DNA from: a virus
Taxonomy: Duplodnaviria > Caudoviricetes
DNA: 63,000 bases
IMG/VR virus record: IMGVR_UViG_3300042938_000809
Span: 1 to 63,000 of that record
Strand: one strand, 5' to 3'
Shown: positions 37,284 through 48,303 of the stretch, piece by piece
How the letters are laid out: each line of letters opens with the position of its first letter
Numbering within the stretch: position 1 is the first letter of the stretch
Program-made: the position numbers and the translations under genes
Notes under the pieces: model-generated
What the model was told of the DNA's origin: nothing
The model's database searches: none
Seen by the model: only the letters and a program-made list of their open reading frames with translations

Positions 37284-40200
37284 ATGCCAGAATTATTGCA
37301 TGTTTTTTCGGCTGGAAAAATGAACAAGGACTTTGACGAGCGATTAGTTCCAAACGGCGAATATAGAGACGCTTTAAATTTAGAAATAACTGATTCAGAT
37401 GGCGCCAACGTAGGTACATTGCAAAATATGCGCGGCAATATAGAATTAACAAATAAATATTACAATCCGTCAACCGGGGTATTTACACCTTGGTCGACTA
37501 GTTATATTAATGCACTAGCAAACCCTATATGTATTGGTAAGATAATTGACAATACTACCGAAAAAATATATTGGCTTATAGCTTCTGAGAGTGTTAGCGC
37601 TATAGCCGAGTATGACCAAGCAAAAGATTTAATTACCCCTATATTAGTAGATACCCAAAATATATTAAAATTTAGCAAAGACTACTTAATTACCGGCATA
37701 AATATAATTGAGGGGGTTATGTATTTTACAGACTACCAAACAGAGCCAAAGTCTTTAAATATAAATATGTTTAAAGCGTTAAACACTCCTGACTTTCAAA
37801 CGCATACTCAAATATACGGTAGACCATTTGTTGAAAGCGATATAACTGTAATAAAAAAATCTCCATTAACTGCTCCTGCATTGACTGTGGCGGCTTCCTC
37901 TGCTGGAAGTAACCAACCTGGAACAGGAGTTGACCCTGTGTTAACAATATATAATGTAGTTAACCAAGAGAACTTCACTTATATCCCAAATTCCGCGACT
38001 ATAGAGTCATCTCAAGTTTATGTATCAATGCCAACATTCGCAGAGGTAGAAAACGGTACTCCTCAATTTCCATTAATTCCTGGTATAACAGGCATAGTTA
38101 CATTTAATGTAAATATAGAGCCAGTAGCATGGGTGATTGGTAGCATTGTGAATTTAAAAGGTAGTGCCGTAAATGATTTTAATGAGCAGTTTGAATACCA
38201 AGCTAGGTTTCTAGTTACAAATAGGTTTGGGACAACAGTAACAGCCAAAATACTATCTATATCAGAAAATATTAAAAAGTTTAGTTCTCCTATAACATGG
38301 GAATGTGTGTTAGAGGAAAAACAGCCTATGTTTGAATTTAGTTTCCCTAGGTTTTCTTATAGATGGAAATATAAAGACAATTCATTTTCATGTTTGGCCC
38401 CTTTTACAGAGATTGCATTTGTAGGCGGTAAGTTTAAGTATGTTTCTGTAGATGGGTATAATACAGGCATGGTGAATAATCTTAGACTAATAAAGTTAGA
38501 AAATATTGAATGGGGCGATGAGTCAGTTGTAGAGATTGAAATACTATATAAAAACTCAGAAGGCGCTCCAATATATAAAGTAGACTCCTTAAAAGACAGA
38601 ACGGTAAATACGTTTATAGTGGAGTCTGAGGTACTTGGCGCAACTCTAGATTCTTTACAACTGCTAAGACCATGGGACAACGTGCCTAGGAAAGCTAAAG
38701 CTCAGGAGATTGTTGGCAATAGACTAATGTTTGGTAATTATTATCAAAACTACAACGTTAGCACCTCTGGCGTTAATCTATCGTTATCAGAAAGTAGATT
38801 GCCTCACCCAGGAACCGTTAATGAAGCTTTACCAGATGAACCGCCGTATTACGGTAGTATAGACGATCCGTTCCCGTCTATAAAATCAATTAGGACATAT
38901 CAGGCCGGTATAGTTTATAGAGACGTATACGGGAGAGAAACTCCTGTTTTTACAAATAAAACGGCGTCATTTGCTGTTCCTAAAGACTCAGCTAAATTTC
39001 AGAACCGATTATCAATTAGATCTTTGAATGCGCCCCCACCCTGGGCTACGCATTTTAAATATTTTATAAAAGAGACGTCATCTGGGTATTATAATATCGC
39101 TTTGGACAGGTTTTATTTTGCAGAAGACGGAAATGTTTGGTTATCATTTCCTTCCTCTGAAAGAAATAAATTAACAGAAGAAACCTACATAACTATAAAA
39201 AAGCAACACGATAATAGTATAAGTGTATCGGAAGCGGCTAGGTACAAAGTTTTATCTATAGTTAGCGAGGCCCCGGAATTTATATCTACATTTTATAAAA
39301 ACGAAACGTTTTTTACATGTGGCCCAACGTCCGGTTTCCAAACAGGGTTTTTAACAATAAATTTTAATGGGCCTAGCAGTTCGCAAAATAATAAGTTTTA
39401 TACTGGTATTGACTCAAGTAAGTATATTGTAATATCCTCAGGCGGGAATAGTACCGGTAGATACCAAGTAGCATCAGGGGGCCCAACAGGGGCTAACGCT
39501 GCTTACTCAATAACATTAAAAAAGCCATTATCTGAAGACGCCGCATGGCTCGGTACAACTTCTTCTTATACCGGTGCCGTTAATATTGATATATATTCAT
39601 TGCAGCCTGAAAGACTACCTGAGTTTGACGGTAGGTTTTTTGTAAAAATAAATAGAGACTCCGCTTTTGATACCAATATAGTAAACTCCTTTAGAGCACT
39701 TAAAAAAAATTACGCTATTACTAGTGAAATTATAAAAAAAGCTAATAGAGCAGGATTTTCTCCTGGTAATAGTGGTGATTGGGGTGTATATTTCCAAAAC
39801 GACGGAGGACATTGCAACGGTTGGTGGGGCATGTACGACCGTGATTTTAGGCCTAATCAAAAAGGTGGCGCCGCTTGGAATGATCTTTTTGGTATGCCTT
39901 TAGTTGGCTCATCGTACGCATCTATAATGAAATGCGGCATGGGAAACAGGGATTCTTGGGAAGGTTATGGAGCTGAATTTGTAAACACCCAAGCGCAAGC
40001 AGGCGCTTTCTTAAGGCTAGTTAGTAATAACGGAGAAGTATCAAGTGTACCGTACAAAATAGTTAGATCTGCACACGGCGGATCCGTTAGGGGTTATAGA
40101 GACCCTGGTAAAAGCAGTTGTCAATGGAGTAGACAAAATGAAATAGGTGGAAATTATATGCATACACTATCTATGGAGCTAGACCGTCCAATTGACGACT

Positions 40201-43148
40201 CGTGGGCTACTTCCTTAGATAACATTTCGGGTTATCAGATAGTTAGAGAAATTATAAACGATGGTAACAAAATAATATCTTCAAGTAATCCAGCGGTATT
40301 TGAAACTGAACCAATAGAAACTGTTGACTTAGATCTGTATTATTCTGCTTCGAACAATTTCCCAATTGCTGAACACTCAGACGAAAAAATACTATCGTGG
40401 CATAATTGTTATTCTTATGGCTCAGGTGTTGAGTCAAATAGAATAAGAGATGACTTCAATGCGCCTACAATGGACAAAGGTCCGGTAGTTTCAACTGTAC
40501 TTAATGTACCTTACGCGGAAGAAATTAAGCTTAATGGGATAATTTATTCTGGGATATTTAATTCTATTTCAGGGGTAAATAATTTAAACCAATTTGTACA
40601 AGCTGACACTATAACTAAAAATCTAAATCCTTATTACGGCAGCATACAAGCATTGCTAGCAAGAGATACTGACCTTATAACTTTTTGTGAGGACAAAATA
40701 TTAAACATATTAGCAAATAAAGATGCTTTATATAATGCTGATGGCAATCAGCAATTAATTGGTTCCAATTCTGTATTAGGGCAAACAACTCCATACGTTG
40801 GTGAATTTGGCATATCTAAAAACCCGGAATCTTTAGCTAGTTATGGGTTTAGAACATACTTTACAGATAGAGCAAGGGGGACTGTGCTTAGGTTATCCAG
40901 GGACGGTTTAGAGCCTATCGGAGACAAAGGCATGACAACTTTCTTCTTTGACAATTTACCAGTTAACAAAAATTTAATAGGTGTTTTTGACGACAGTAAA
41001 GGTACTTATACACTTACATTAGATAACTTAACTCCAGCTTGGCAAAAGCTTCTCGCTAAAGGAGAGTTTGATAGAACAAATCCTGATTGTGCAGAATGGG
41101 AACCTGCGGCTGAAGACCTAACTCTTAATACTACCGTTGTGTTCAAAGAGAATGCAGATGGCTGGACTAGTAGAATGTCTTTTATACCGGAGAATGGTGT
41201 GTCTTTAAACTCTATATTCTATACCTTCAAAAATGGTAGGATATGGAGACATAATGATAGTGCTGTTCCTTATAATAATTTTTATAATGTTCAGTATGAT
41301 TCTTCTGTCAACGTACTAATTAATGATGAGTTTGCCTCTGTAAAAGGGTTCAAAACATTAAACTACACAGGATCAGAATCTCGGGAATATGTTTATACAA
41401 TAGCTGGCAGCGCTAGAAAATATTCTATAGCAGAAATACAAGCCAATAATTTAATGCCAATTGATTTTACTACAAATAAAGGGTGGTATGCAAATTACAT
41501 TGTAACTGACTTACAAGAAGGTAAAATAAAAGAATTTATAAAAAAAGAAGGTAAATACTTTAATTACATAAAAGGATTATCTACATTCTTCAATACAAAC
41601 TGCGACAACAATGTTAGTTCATCTGAATTTGCCGTACAAGGAATTGGCAGTGCTTCTTTAATAACAGGCGATACTATTAAAACTGAATACAATGTTAATG
41701 TATTTGCTAGCTCTAGCTGTTTCCAATATATTGTTCCACCAACTCTTGTCCCGCAATCTTTTATCGGTCTTGAGGATCAAGTAGGGGTGTATAGCATAGG
41801 GCAAACAAATGAATGTTCTTCAGGTATAATAATACAACTTGTTAATAACAATACTAATAATGGTACGTTAAGTGCTATTAATCCTAATGGGTCATTTACA
41901 TTTACCCCAAACCCAAATTACAATGGGCCAGCCGGGTCATTCACTGTAACCGCATGCTGCGGTAACTTATGTAGCGAACCAACGGTGGTGACTTTACACA
42001 TTGATCCAGTTGCTGACAATCCTTATTTTACAACCACACACCCTACTTTAACAGGTTTAGGCGTTGGTGATTGTTGGGAATATCCTGTAATAGGAATAGC
42101 TTCTGTTGATTACGCTAGTACAGATTTAATTATACAGACACCTGTTGTTGGATTGCCAGCGTGGATGAGCCAACCGCAACCGCTCAATGATGGCAGCGGT
42201 GATTGGTATATACCTCAAAGTTGTGTACCCCCAGATCAAGCGGCCGGGACTATTGATTTTACACTAGTTGTAGAGGATCCAATAGGGAATACTGGCGAAC
42301 AACAAGTTACAGGCGATACTTTAGTTGAAGCTTTATTAGCTTTAGAGTTTATAGGTTCATCAACAAGCATTATTGCAACAGCACAAACATGGACTAACCC
42401 GGACGATCCAACTGAAGTTGTAGTCCAAAGACCTAGGGACGTTAATTCTGGGCATGGTTGCAATAGAGGTTGCTATAGAGTAGTCGCTAATAAACAAATT
42501 AACGGCGGATTAGTAATCGGTAGAATTTGGAATAGCAATGGCGGTAAAAAAGGCACTGCAACAGTCCCAGGTACGCCTGGGTCAGGAGAATATTATAACA
42601 CATTTACGTTAAGCCCACTGGGAATACCAAATAGTCCATCGCAAGATCCTATTGCTTGGGCAGGAACGCCTGCCGCTTTAGCTCAAGGTAATTTAGATAG
42701 TTTAGGCAATCCTATAAATTATATGTATAAAAATAGCGAACCTGAATGGGGAACTGATCCTGCAAACAGCAAACAAAGATATGTAACTACATTGCACATG
42801 CCTGCAACTGGAGGGAATAATGGGCAAGGTGGTAACAGATATAGTTATTTAAAAATTACTCAAGCAGATGCGGATAATATAGTTGCAAACTATGCGGACC
42901 CAGCTAATCCTAGCCACATAACATTTACGATTGAACCAGATACTTATAGCCCCGACGGAGTAATAAACACACATGGTACTTCTGTATGGTTCCAAATATT
43001 TAAAGCGGGATCAACAGCTGGTTATGCTGGCGGTTCAGAAGTATTTAGTAATGGTCTATTAACAAATTGTTCATACAATTATGTTTGTGATCCAGCCGCG
43101 TTCCCTAAGATAAAAATAGATGTTCTAACAGGAAGTATAATACCTTAA
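37284..43148 (+). CDS. tail stabilisation (nozzle) protein with C-terminal Ig-like extension
   Basis: F.AGKMNKD.DERL.PNGEYRDALN N-terminus; GIS.NPES.A.YG...F.D..RG.VLRLS.DG beta-propeller; GSFTFTPNPNY.G Ig/cadherin repeat. Confidence 0.75.
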   Translation: MPELLHVFSAGKMNKDFDERLVPNGEYRDALNLEITDSDGANVGTLQNMRGNIELTNKYYNPSTGVFTPWSTSYINALANPICIGKIIDNTTEKIYWLIASESVSAIAEYDQAKDLITPILVDTQNILKFSKDYLITGINIIEGVMYFTDYQTEPKSLNINMFKALNTPDFQTHTQIYGRPFVESDITVIKKSPLTAPALTVAASSAGSNQPGTGVDPVLTIYNVVNQENFTYIPNSATIESSQVYVSMPTFAEVENGTPQFPLIPGITGIVTFNVNIEPVAWVIGSIVNLKGSAVNDFNEQFEYQARFLVTNRFGTTVTAKILSISENIKKFSSPITWECVLEEKQPMFEFSFPRFSYRWKYKDNSFSCLAPFTEIAFVGGKFKYVSVDGYNTGMVNNLRLIKLENIEWGDESVVEIEILYKNSEGAPIYKVDSLKDRTVNTFIVESEVLGATLDSLQLLRPWDNVPRKAKAQEIVGNRLMFGNYYQNYNVSTSGVNLSLSESRLPHPGTVNEALPDEPPYYGSIDDPFPSIKSIRTYQAGIVYRDVYGRETPVFTNKTASFAVPKDSAKFQNRLSIRSLNAPPPWATHFKYFIKETSSGYYNIALDRFYFAEDGNVWLSFPSSERNKLTEETYITIKKQHDNSISVSEAARYKVLSIVSEAPEFISTFYKNETFFTCGPTSGFQTGFLTINFNGPSSSQNNKFYTGIDSSKYIVISSGGNSTGRYQVASGGPTGANAAYSITLKKPLSEDAAWLGTTSSYTGAVNIDIYSLQPERLPEFDGRFFVKINRDSAFDTNIVNSFRALKKNYAITSEIIKKANRAGFSPGNSGDWGVYFQNDGGHCNGWWGMYDRDFRPNQKGGAAWNDLFGMPLVGSSYASIMKCGMGNRDSWEGYGAEFVNTQAQAGAFLRLVSNNGEVSSVPYKIVRSAHGGSVRGYRDPGKSSCQWSRQNEIGGNYMHTLSMELDRPIDDSWATSLDNISGYQIVREIINDGNKIISSSNPAVFETEPIETVDLDLYYSASNNFPIAEHSDEKILSWHNCYSYGSGVESNRIRDDFNAPTMDKGPVVSTVLNVPYAEEIKLNGIIYSGIFNSISGVNNLNQFVQADTITKNLNPYYGSIQALLARDTDLITFCEDKILNILANKDALYNADGNQQLIGSNSVLGQTTPYVGEFGISKNPESLASYGFRTYFTDRARGTVLRLSRDGLEPIGDKGMTTFFFDNLPVNKNLIGVFDDSKGTYTLTLDNLTPAWQKLLAKGEFDRTNPDCAEWEPAAEDLTLNTTVVFKENADGWTSRMSFIPENGVSLNSIFYTFKNGRIWRHNDSAVPYNNFYNVQYDSSVNVLINDEFASVKGFKTLNYTGSESREYVYTIAGSARKYSIAEIQANNLMPIDFTTNKGWYANYIVTDLQEGKIKEFIKKEGKYFNYIKGLSTFFNTNCDNNVSSSEFAVQGIGSASLITGDTIKTEYNVNVFASSSCFQYIVPPTLVPQSFIGLEDQVGVYSIGQTNECSSGIIIQLVNNNTNNGTLSAINPNGSFTFTPNPNYNGPAGSFTVTACCGNLCSEPTVVTLHIDPVADNPYFTTTHPTLTGLGVGDCWEYPVIGIASVDYASTDLIIQTPVVGLPAWMSQPQPLNDGSGDWYIPQSCVPPDQAAGTIDFTLVVEDPIGNTGEQQVTGDTLVEALLALEFIGSSTSIIATAQTWTNPDDPTEVVVQRPRDVNSGHGCNRGCYRVVANKQINGGLVIGRIWNSNGGKKGTATVPGTPGSGEYYNTFTLSPLGIPNSPSQDPIAWAGTPAALAQGNLDSLGNPINYMYKNSEPEWGTDPANSKQRYVTTLHMPATGGNNGQGGNRYSYLKITQADADNIVANYADPANPSHITFTIEPDTYSPDGVINTHGTSVWFQIFKAGSTAGYAGGSEVFSNGLLTNCSYNYVCDPAAFPKIKIDVLTGSIIP

Positions 43149-43165
43149 TAATAAAAAACAAATAT

Positions 43166-46100
43166 ATGGTCACAGTTTTTGACAATTTTACTATAAGTAA
43201 GACTGGCTTTCCAGAATCGGTCGGCAATAATGTAGTAACTGATAACCCTCAAGCAATACTATTAATAACACCTAATACTGGATACTCTGTGTTAGCTGAA
43301 AACTTTAATATTACTTTGCCCCTGCCTAGTAATGTAACTAGTGTTAGTTTTATACAGGCCGGCAATTTGGTGGAATGTATAGTTACTTTTAATAATCCTT
43401 TTATAATGCCTGCTAGTGATGTTGAAATTGGGTTATGTTTAACGGGGCTAGCTCGTGCTGTGGAGTACAGTGTTGCAGGATTAATAAACGTTACTAAAAC
43501 GAACGCTACATCCAGCCCTGCAAATCTTAGCTTTAATATATCTGAAAACTTTAACCATGTTTCTGTGGCAAAAACTGTAACACTGACAGCCACCAGTGGT
43601 TTTTATTTTCCGGTTGAACCTACGTTAATTCAGACTACTGGAGACACTTCTATATTTTCTATAGCTGACTCTAAAGTTTTTGATATTGCAGGAAGATTGT
43701 TATCAAAAACATTTACAATAAGTTGTACTATGCCTAACTACAACTCCTTAAATAACATATTCCAAGCTGTTGCTGAGGGAATACAAATATTTACGCCTGT
43801 TCCATCAATAACGGCTTATAGTATTAGATCTACTGTTTTCCCATTAAATGGAGAAACAAGAGACCTATTAATATATGGTGGTTATTCGGGCAATTGGACA
43901 TTGACTACTACATTACCTATACTACAAACAGGACCACCGGATCCTATAACAGGTATAATACCTTACGGCACTAGTGCGTCTGGACAAGTAGGCCCTACTG
44001 GATTTTCTACAATATCCATACAAGTACCTAGCGTAACAGCTAGTGCATCTTATTCAATAGCGCTAAGTGGCGATTTAATTAACCCTTTCCCGCAATCTAA
44101 TCCTATAATACTGAACCAATATGGGAATGTAACTATAACGTATATAATAAACAATTCCGCTTTCTTTACTAATAATGGGAATAAGACTAATTCAGGACCA
44201 TCTTTTACTGTCCCAATAAACGGAGCCGATGGAGAATTAAATAATTTTAATTGGGATATAACCCCCTCAAATGGATATGGCTTGATGCTGATTAATCAGC
44301 CTAGCGTTCCAGGATTTGATCCTATTGGAGGCACCCCTTCTAGTGCAAATAATATTATCAATATAAGTAATATAGTAGCCGCACAAGTATCAAGTAGTTT
44401 AATAACAGTTAACGTCACAGGGAGCGTTGGAATATATGGGACAGCGTCCATAGACACAACGTTAGATTTAGGAGGTATTATAGCATATATAGATACTAAT
44501 GGCGCGTCTAATGTGGCTGCAACTACCGCTACATCAGGCGGTAGTGTATTATTACCAGGTGGTAGCGGAATAATTGGCATAAAAGGTTTGTGTTATAGCA
44601 CTTCACCATTACCGACCATCGCTGATTCAATAATGCCTGCTGGTACTGGTTTTGGAACATTTACTTCAAACTTGACCGGGCTTGATGGCTCTACGCTTTA
44701 TTACACAAGAGCTTATGCCTATGACTCAACTGGCACTAATGTTTTCTATGGCCCTGAAAAAACGTTTACTACGCTACCTGAATTAGAAGCATTACCTACA
44801 ACTTTCGTAACAAATGAAGATACTAACTTTACAATACAATTATTAAGCATGTCAGTTGGCCCCCCACCAGACTTCGTGATAACATCTTTACCTGATCCAT
44901 TGCAGGGAGATATATATGACCCGGGTACAGGTTTAAAAATAGCGACTGTGCCATATACACTAGTTAACTCTGGATCAACAGTATTATTTGATCCCGCGCT
45001 AGATTACTTTGGCAATGTTGACCCATTTAATTTCAAGCTATATCAAAATCCAGATGATAGTAATATAGCCGCGGTTACAGGTATAGTACTAGCCGTTAAT
45101 GATTCTCCTATATTTATGCAATCAGCTCCGTTATACGACGGAATACCTGGTGGAACATATACGTACGTAGGATATGTAACTGACCCAGATACTCCAGATG
45201 CTCAATTAGTTGTAACTTTTGTACCAACAATATTGACGCCGTCTTTACCTTCAGGATGGACATTTGCACAAACCCCCGGTACTAATCAATTCACGCTTAC
45301 AGGGCCTGTTCCTTCCGGGGCAACTTACAGTATAACATTGCAAGTATCTGATGGAACACTTGTAACTCAACAACAAGTAGAAGTTAATGCGGTATTCGCT
45401 ACATTATCCAGTATGGAGTTTAAATTAGAATTTATAAAGGCTCAAATACCAGCAGGCGGATTTGGACAATCGCCAAAAACAACTAGTCCTATAGTATTAA
45501 GTTCACAGCCAAACTATGGTGTTAGTGGTGGTTTTAATAATAATCATACTTGTAATAGAGCACAATTTAATTTAGTTGCAGGAGTATATGCAAACGTAAG
45601 TGGCGGTCAATGGCAATGGACAGATTTAGGAAAAGGTAGTTTAAACAATGTTGTGCCGGGCTCAAGTGATACTTACAATGTTTATGATTTCGTAATTCCA
45701 ATATTAGCCTCGAATCCATATATCCAAACTGGTGTAACCAATATATTAACCCCCCCATATTGTCCAACATCGGCATGTAATTATATAAACAATTCTGCAC
45801 TACAAGTAGATTTAGGTAACTTACTTAGTAAAGATTTTGTAAATGGCACTCCATCTACATATTACAATTCTACAACCGCAACTATAGCCAATGGAACTGA
45901 TAGAGGCAGTTATTTTGATATATCAACAGCAGAAGCAACTGCATTAGCAATTGCATCAAATTGGGGAGGTTCTGGTAATGTTAATAGAGGAGTAGTTAAA
46001 TTTAAACTAATACCTAACTCTTATTCTTCTATTACAGCTGGGTTAGCAAACTATCATTCTGATTCAAGTTGGTTAAAAGTATTTAAGAAAAACTCTGCTG

Positions 46101-46210
46101 GAACTAATCAAGAAGAAGTTTTAGTTGGCGGTAAAAGTTTCTTATTAACTGCTTCTGTAGTAATAACAGTTGATATATTAAATAATGATGTATCAGTAGG
46201 TACTACATAA
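43166..46210 (+). CDS. virion protein with Fn3 and cadherin/Ig-like repeats
   Basis: LTGL....YYTRAYA Fn3; TNEDT, VNDSP, VSDG cadherin-like motifs. Confidence 0.7.
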   Translation: MVTVFDNFTISKTGFPESVGNNVVTDNPQAILLITPNTGYSVLAENFNITLPLPSNVTSVSFIQAGNLVECIVTFNNPFIMPASDVEIGLCLTGLARAVEYSVAGLINVTKTNATSSPANLSFNISENFNHVSVAKTVTLTATSGFYFPVEPTLIQTTGDTSIFSIADSKVFDIAGRLLSKTFTISCTMPNYNSLNNIFQAVAEGIQIFTPVPSITAYSIRSTVFPLNGETRDLLIYGGYSGNWTLTTTLPILQTGPPDPITGIIPYGTSASGQVGPTGFSTISIQVPSVTASASYSIALSGDLINPFPQSNPIILNQYGNVTITYIINNSAFFTNNGNKTNSGPSFTVPINGADGELNNFNWDITPSNGYGLMLINQPSVPGFDPIGGTPSSANNIINISNIVAAQVSSSLITVNVTGSVGIYGTASIDTTLDLGGIIAYIDTNGASNVAATTATSGGSVLLPGGSGIIGIKGLCYSTSPLPTIADSIMPAGTGFGTFTSNLTGLDGSTLYYTRAYAYDSTGTNVFYGPEKTFTTLPELEALPTTFVTNEDTNFTIQLLSMSVGPPPDFVITSLPDPLQGDIYDPGTGLKIATVPYTLVNSGSTVLFDPALDYFGNVDPFNFKLYQNPDDSNIAAVTGIVLAVNDSPIFMQSAPLYDGIPGGTYTYVGYVTDPDTPDAQLVVTFVPTILTPSLPSGWTFAQTPGTNQFTLTGPVPSGATYSITLQVSDGTLVTQQQVEVNAVFATLSSMEFKLEFIKAQIPAGGFGQSPKTTSPIVLSSQPNYGVSGGFNNNHTCNRAQFNLVAGVYANVSGGQWQWTDLGKGSLNNVVPGSSDTYNVYDFVIPILASNPYIQTGVTNILTPPYCPTSACNYINNSALQVDLGNLLSKDFVNGTPSTYYNSTTATIANGTDRGSYFDISTAEATALAIASNWGGSGNVNRGVVKFKLIPNSYSSITAGLANYHSDSSWLKVFKKNSAGTNQEEVLVGGKSFLLTASVVITVDILNNDVSVGTT

Positions 46211-46233
46211 TATAAATAATATAAAAAATAGAC

Positions 46234-46560
46234 ATGGATTCAATAACACTAAATTTCCCCAATCCAATAAATGTATCTGTACAGGTTGGGGATACCGCTT
46301 ATTACAACGACGATATAAATGGTGATGTACTGAACTTAATAGGTACCATTACAGCGGTATCAATGTACTCCTTTGATGTAGATATATTACCTTCCGCTCC
46401 TCGCCCAACCACTTCTAGCTTCATATTGTTTAGCAAAACTAATGATACTAATGTAAGTGCAGTTGTTGGGTATTATGCAGAAGTACAACTTAGAAATGAT
46501 TCTACTAAAGCAATAGAAATGTACTCGATTGCTTCTGAAGTATTTGAGAGTAGTAAATAG
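46234..46560 (+). CDS. structural protein
   Basis: INVSVQVGD.AYY...FSK...GYYAEV. Confidence 0.6.
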   Translation: MDSITLNFPNPINVSVQVGDTAYYNDDINGDVLNLIGTITAVSMYSFDVDILPSAPRPTTSSFILFSKTNDTNVSAVVGYYAEVQLRNDSTKAIEMYSIASEVFESSK

Positions 46561-46607
46561 CGCGTAATTATAACAATAATAGTAATAACAAGATAATAAA
46601 TAGATAT

Positions 46608-47210
46608 ATGGTAGGATTAGCAAGTGCAATTGGCACTGGAGTGCAAGGACTAATGGGTATTGCCGGTGGTATAATCGGTAGTAAAAAAAGAAAGAAAGAG
46701 CAAAGAGCTGCGCAGGCAGAATACAACCAAAATAAAGCTAGGTTTAATAATCTAGATACATCTAATATATATGCTAACCAGCAAAATATGTATGAAGACT
46801 CTACTGTTAACCTTAAGGAAGCAGAGTTCACTAAGCAACAACAAATGCAAAGCCAGTCTAATATAATGGGTGGTATGAACCAAGCAGCTGGCGGAAGTGG
46901 AATTGCAGCAATGGCTCAAGCTTTAGCTAATCAGTCTTCAGCAGATGCTCAAAGTGCTAGTGTATCAATTGGTAATCAAGAAGCTGCTAACCAAAGCAAT
47001 TTCCAAGCAGCTGCAACAAACATACAATCACAAAAGCTAGCGGGTGAAGAATCATCACGTGAGCAAGAACTAAATAAAACTTCCACATTGTTAGGTATGT
47101 CGCAAAGCAGGTTAGGTGCTGCTAATGCAGCCAGAGCAGCTGCAACATCATCTATTATGGGGGGAATTGGAACATTGGCCGGTGGAGCTGAGAAATTTTT
47201 TGGTAAATAA
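46608..47210 (+). CDS. putative ejection (internal virion) protein
   Basis: Gly/Ala-rich hydrophobic ends and Gln-rich coiled coil, typical of small podovirus ejection proteins. Confidence 0.65.
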   Translation: MVGLASAIGTGVQGLMGIAGGIIGSKKRKKEQRAAQAEYNQNKARFNNLDTSNIYANQQNMYEDSTVNLKEAEFTKQQQMQSQSNIMGGMNQAAGGSGIAAMAQALANQSSADAQSASVSIGNQEAANQSNFQAAATNIQSQKLAGEESSREQELNKTSTLLGMSQSRLGAANAARAAATSSIMGGIGTLAGGAEKFFGK

Positions 47211-47223
47211 ATAAAGTTTAATA

Positions 47224-48300
47224 ATGGAAGAAATAGAAGAAAAACCAGTAGCTCAAGAAGAAACAACGGACCAATCTACAACACAATTGCCAGAAGATGA
47301 CAACGCGAGCACTGCTGAGTACATCGAGAAACTAAATACAGGAGGGGCTAAGTTAGGCATGCCCCCAGGATCTAAAGCCAAAATAAATTCTTATTTAATA
47401 GGATTAAGACGGAAGTATGCTGACGCAGCTTCAAGATTAAGAATACTTAACTCTAACTCTCCTGAATACCAAGAGCACGTAGCTACCATGAATAGCGTTA
47501 ACCAAGCTATGGTAACTTTAGCGGACCAAGTCGATTCTTTTAAAGAGAATCAAGTTGGGTATATTCAGGATTTTGATAACAATGCATTGTCAAAAGCGGA
47601 CGAAATAGAGGGTAAAGCATCTGCTATTAGTAAACTATATAGAGGAGCATTAGATTTAGAAATAAACGAAGACGGCACATTAAACTTTGGAATGGACGGG
47701 AAATATGCACCCTACTCAGCAATAGCTAAACACGCAGTTAAGGACTTCAAGACCGCTGATAAGATATTGAAGTTAACAAATGATATGTACGAAACGAAGG
47801 AGCCAATGGGTTCTGCCCGTAAAAACTTAGTATTAAACCAAGTTAAAGGATTGATACAAGAAGGAGGCAGGGAGAGTGTAATATCCATGATTAATGACGG
47901 GTTAATTCCAGGTTTTGAAAATGTTAAAATACCTCAAGAATTATATAAGAGAGAAAATTATGGTAAGTTAGAACAATTCTTTTTAGACAAAGTTACTAAC
48001 GGACTTGCTGCTGCGGCTGAAGCTGGATATAGCGATAAGTTAGTTAAAGAAACCGGTAGCCATAGTAGAAGTTTAGATTATCAAGAACAACAAAGACAAG
48101 CCGCATACAATTTCAAAGTTAAACATCCTAATCCTAATAAGCGATCAGGTGGTAGCAGCGGAGGCAGTGGCAAAGGAAGTACGGATAAAATGTCATTAGC
48201 CGAAAGAAAAGCAGCAACTCAATTTGAATTGGCATTTGCAAAAGCTAAGAAAGGACAAAAAGTTAAAGGACCAGACGGAAAATACTACGAAAAAAAATAA
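47224..48300 (+). CDS. putative internal virion protein
   Basis: Helical protein between the small and giant ejection-type genes. Confidence 0.55.
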   Translation: MEEIEEKPVAQEETTDQSTTQLPEDDNASTAEYIEKLNTGGAKLGMPPGSKAKINSYLIGLRRKYADAASRLRILNSNSPEYQEHVATMNSVNQAMVTLADQVDSFKENQVGYIQDFDNNALSKADEIEGKASAISKLYRGALDLEINEDGTLNFGMDGKYAPYSAIAKHAVKDFKTADKILKLTNDMYETKEPMGSARKNLVLNQVKGLIQEGGRESVISMINDGLIPGFENVKIPQELYKRENYGKLEQFFLDKVTNGLAAAAEAGYSDKLVKETGSHSRSLDYQEQQRQAAYNFKVKHPNPNKRSGGSSGGSGKGSTDKMSLAERKAATQFELAFAKAKKGQKVKGPDGKYYEKK

Positions 48301-48303
48301 TAT

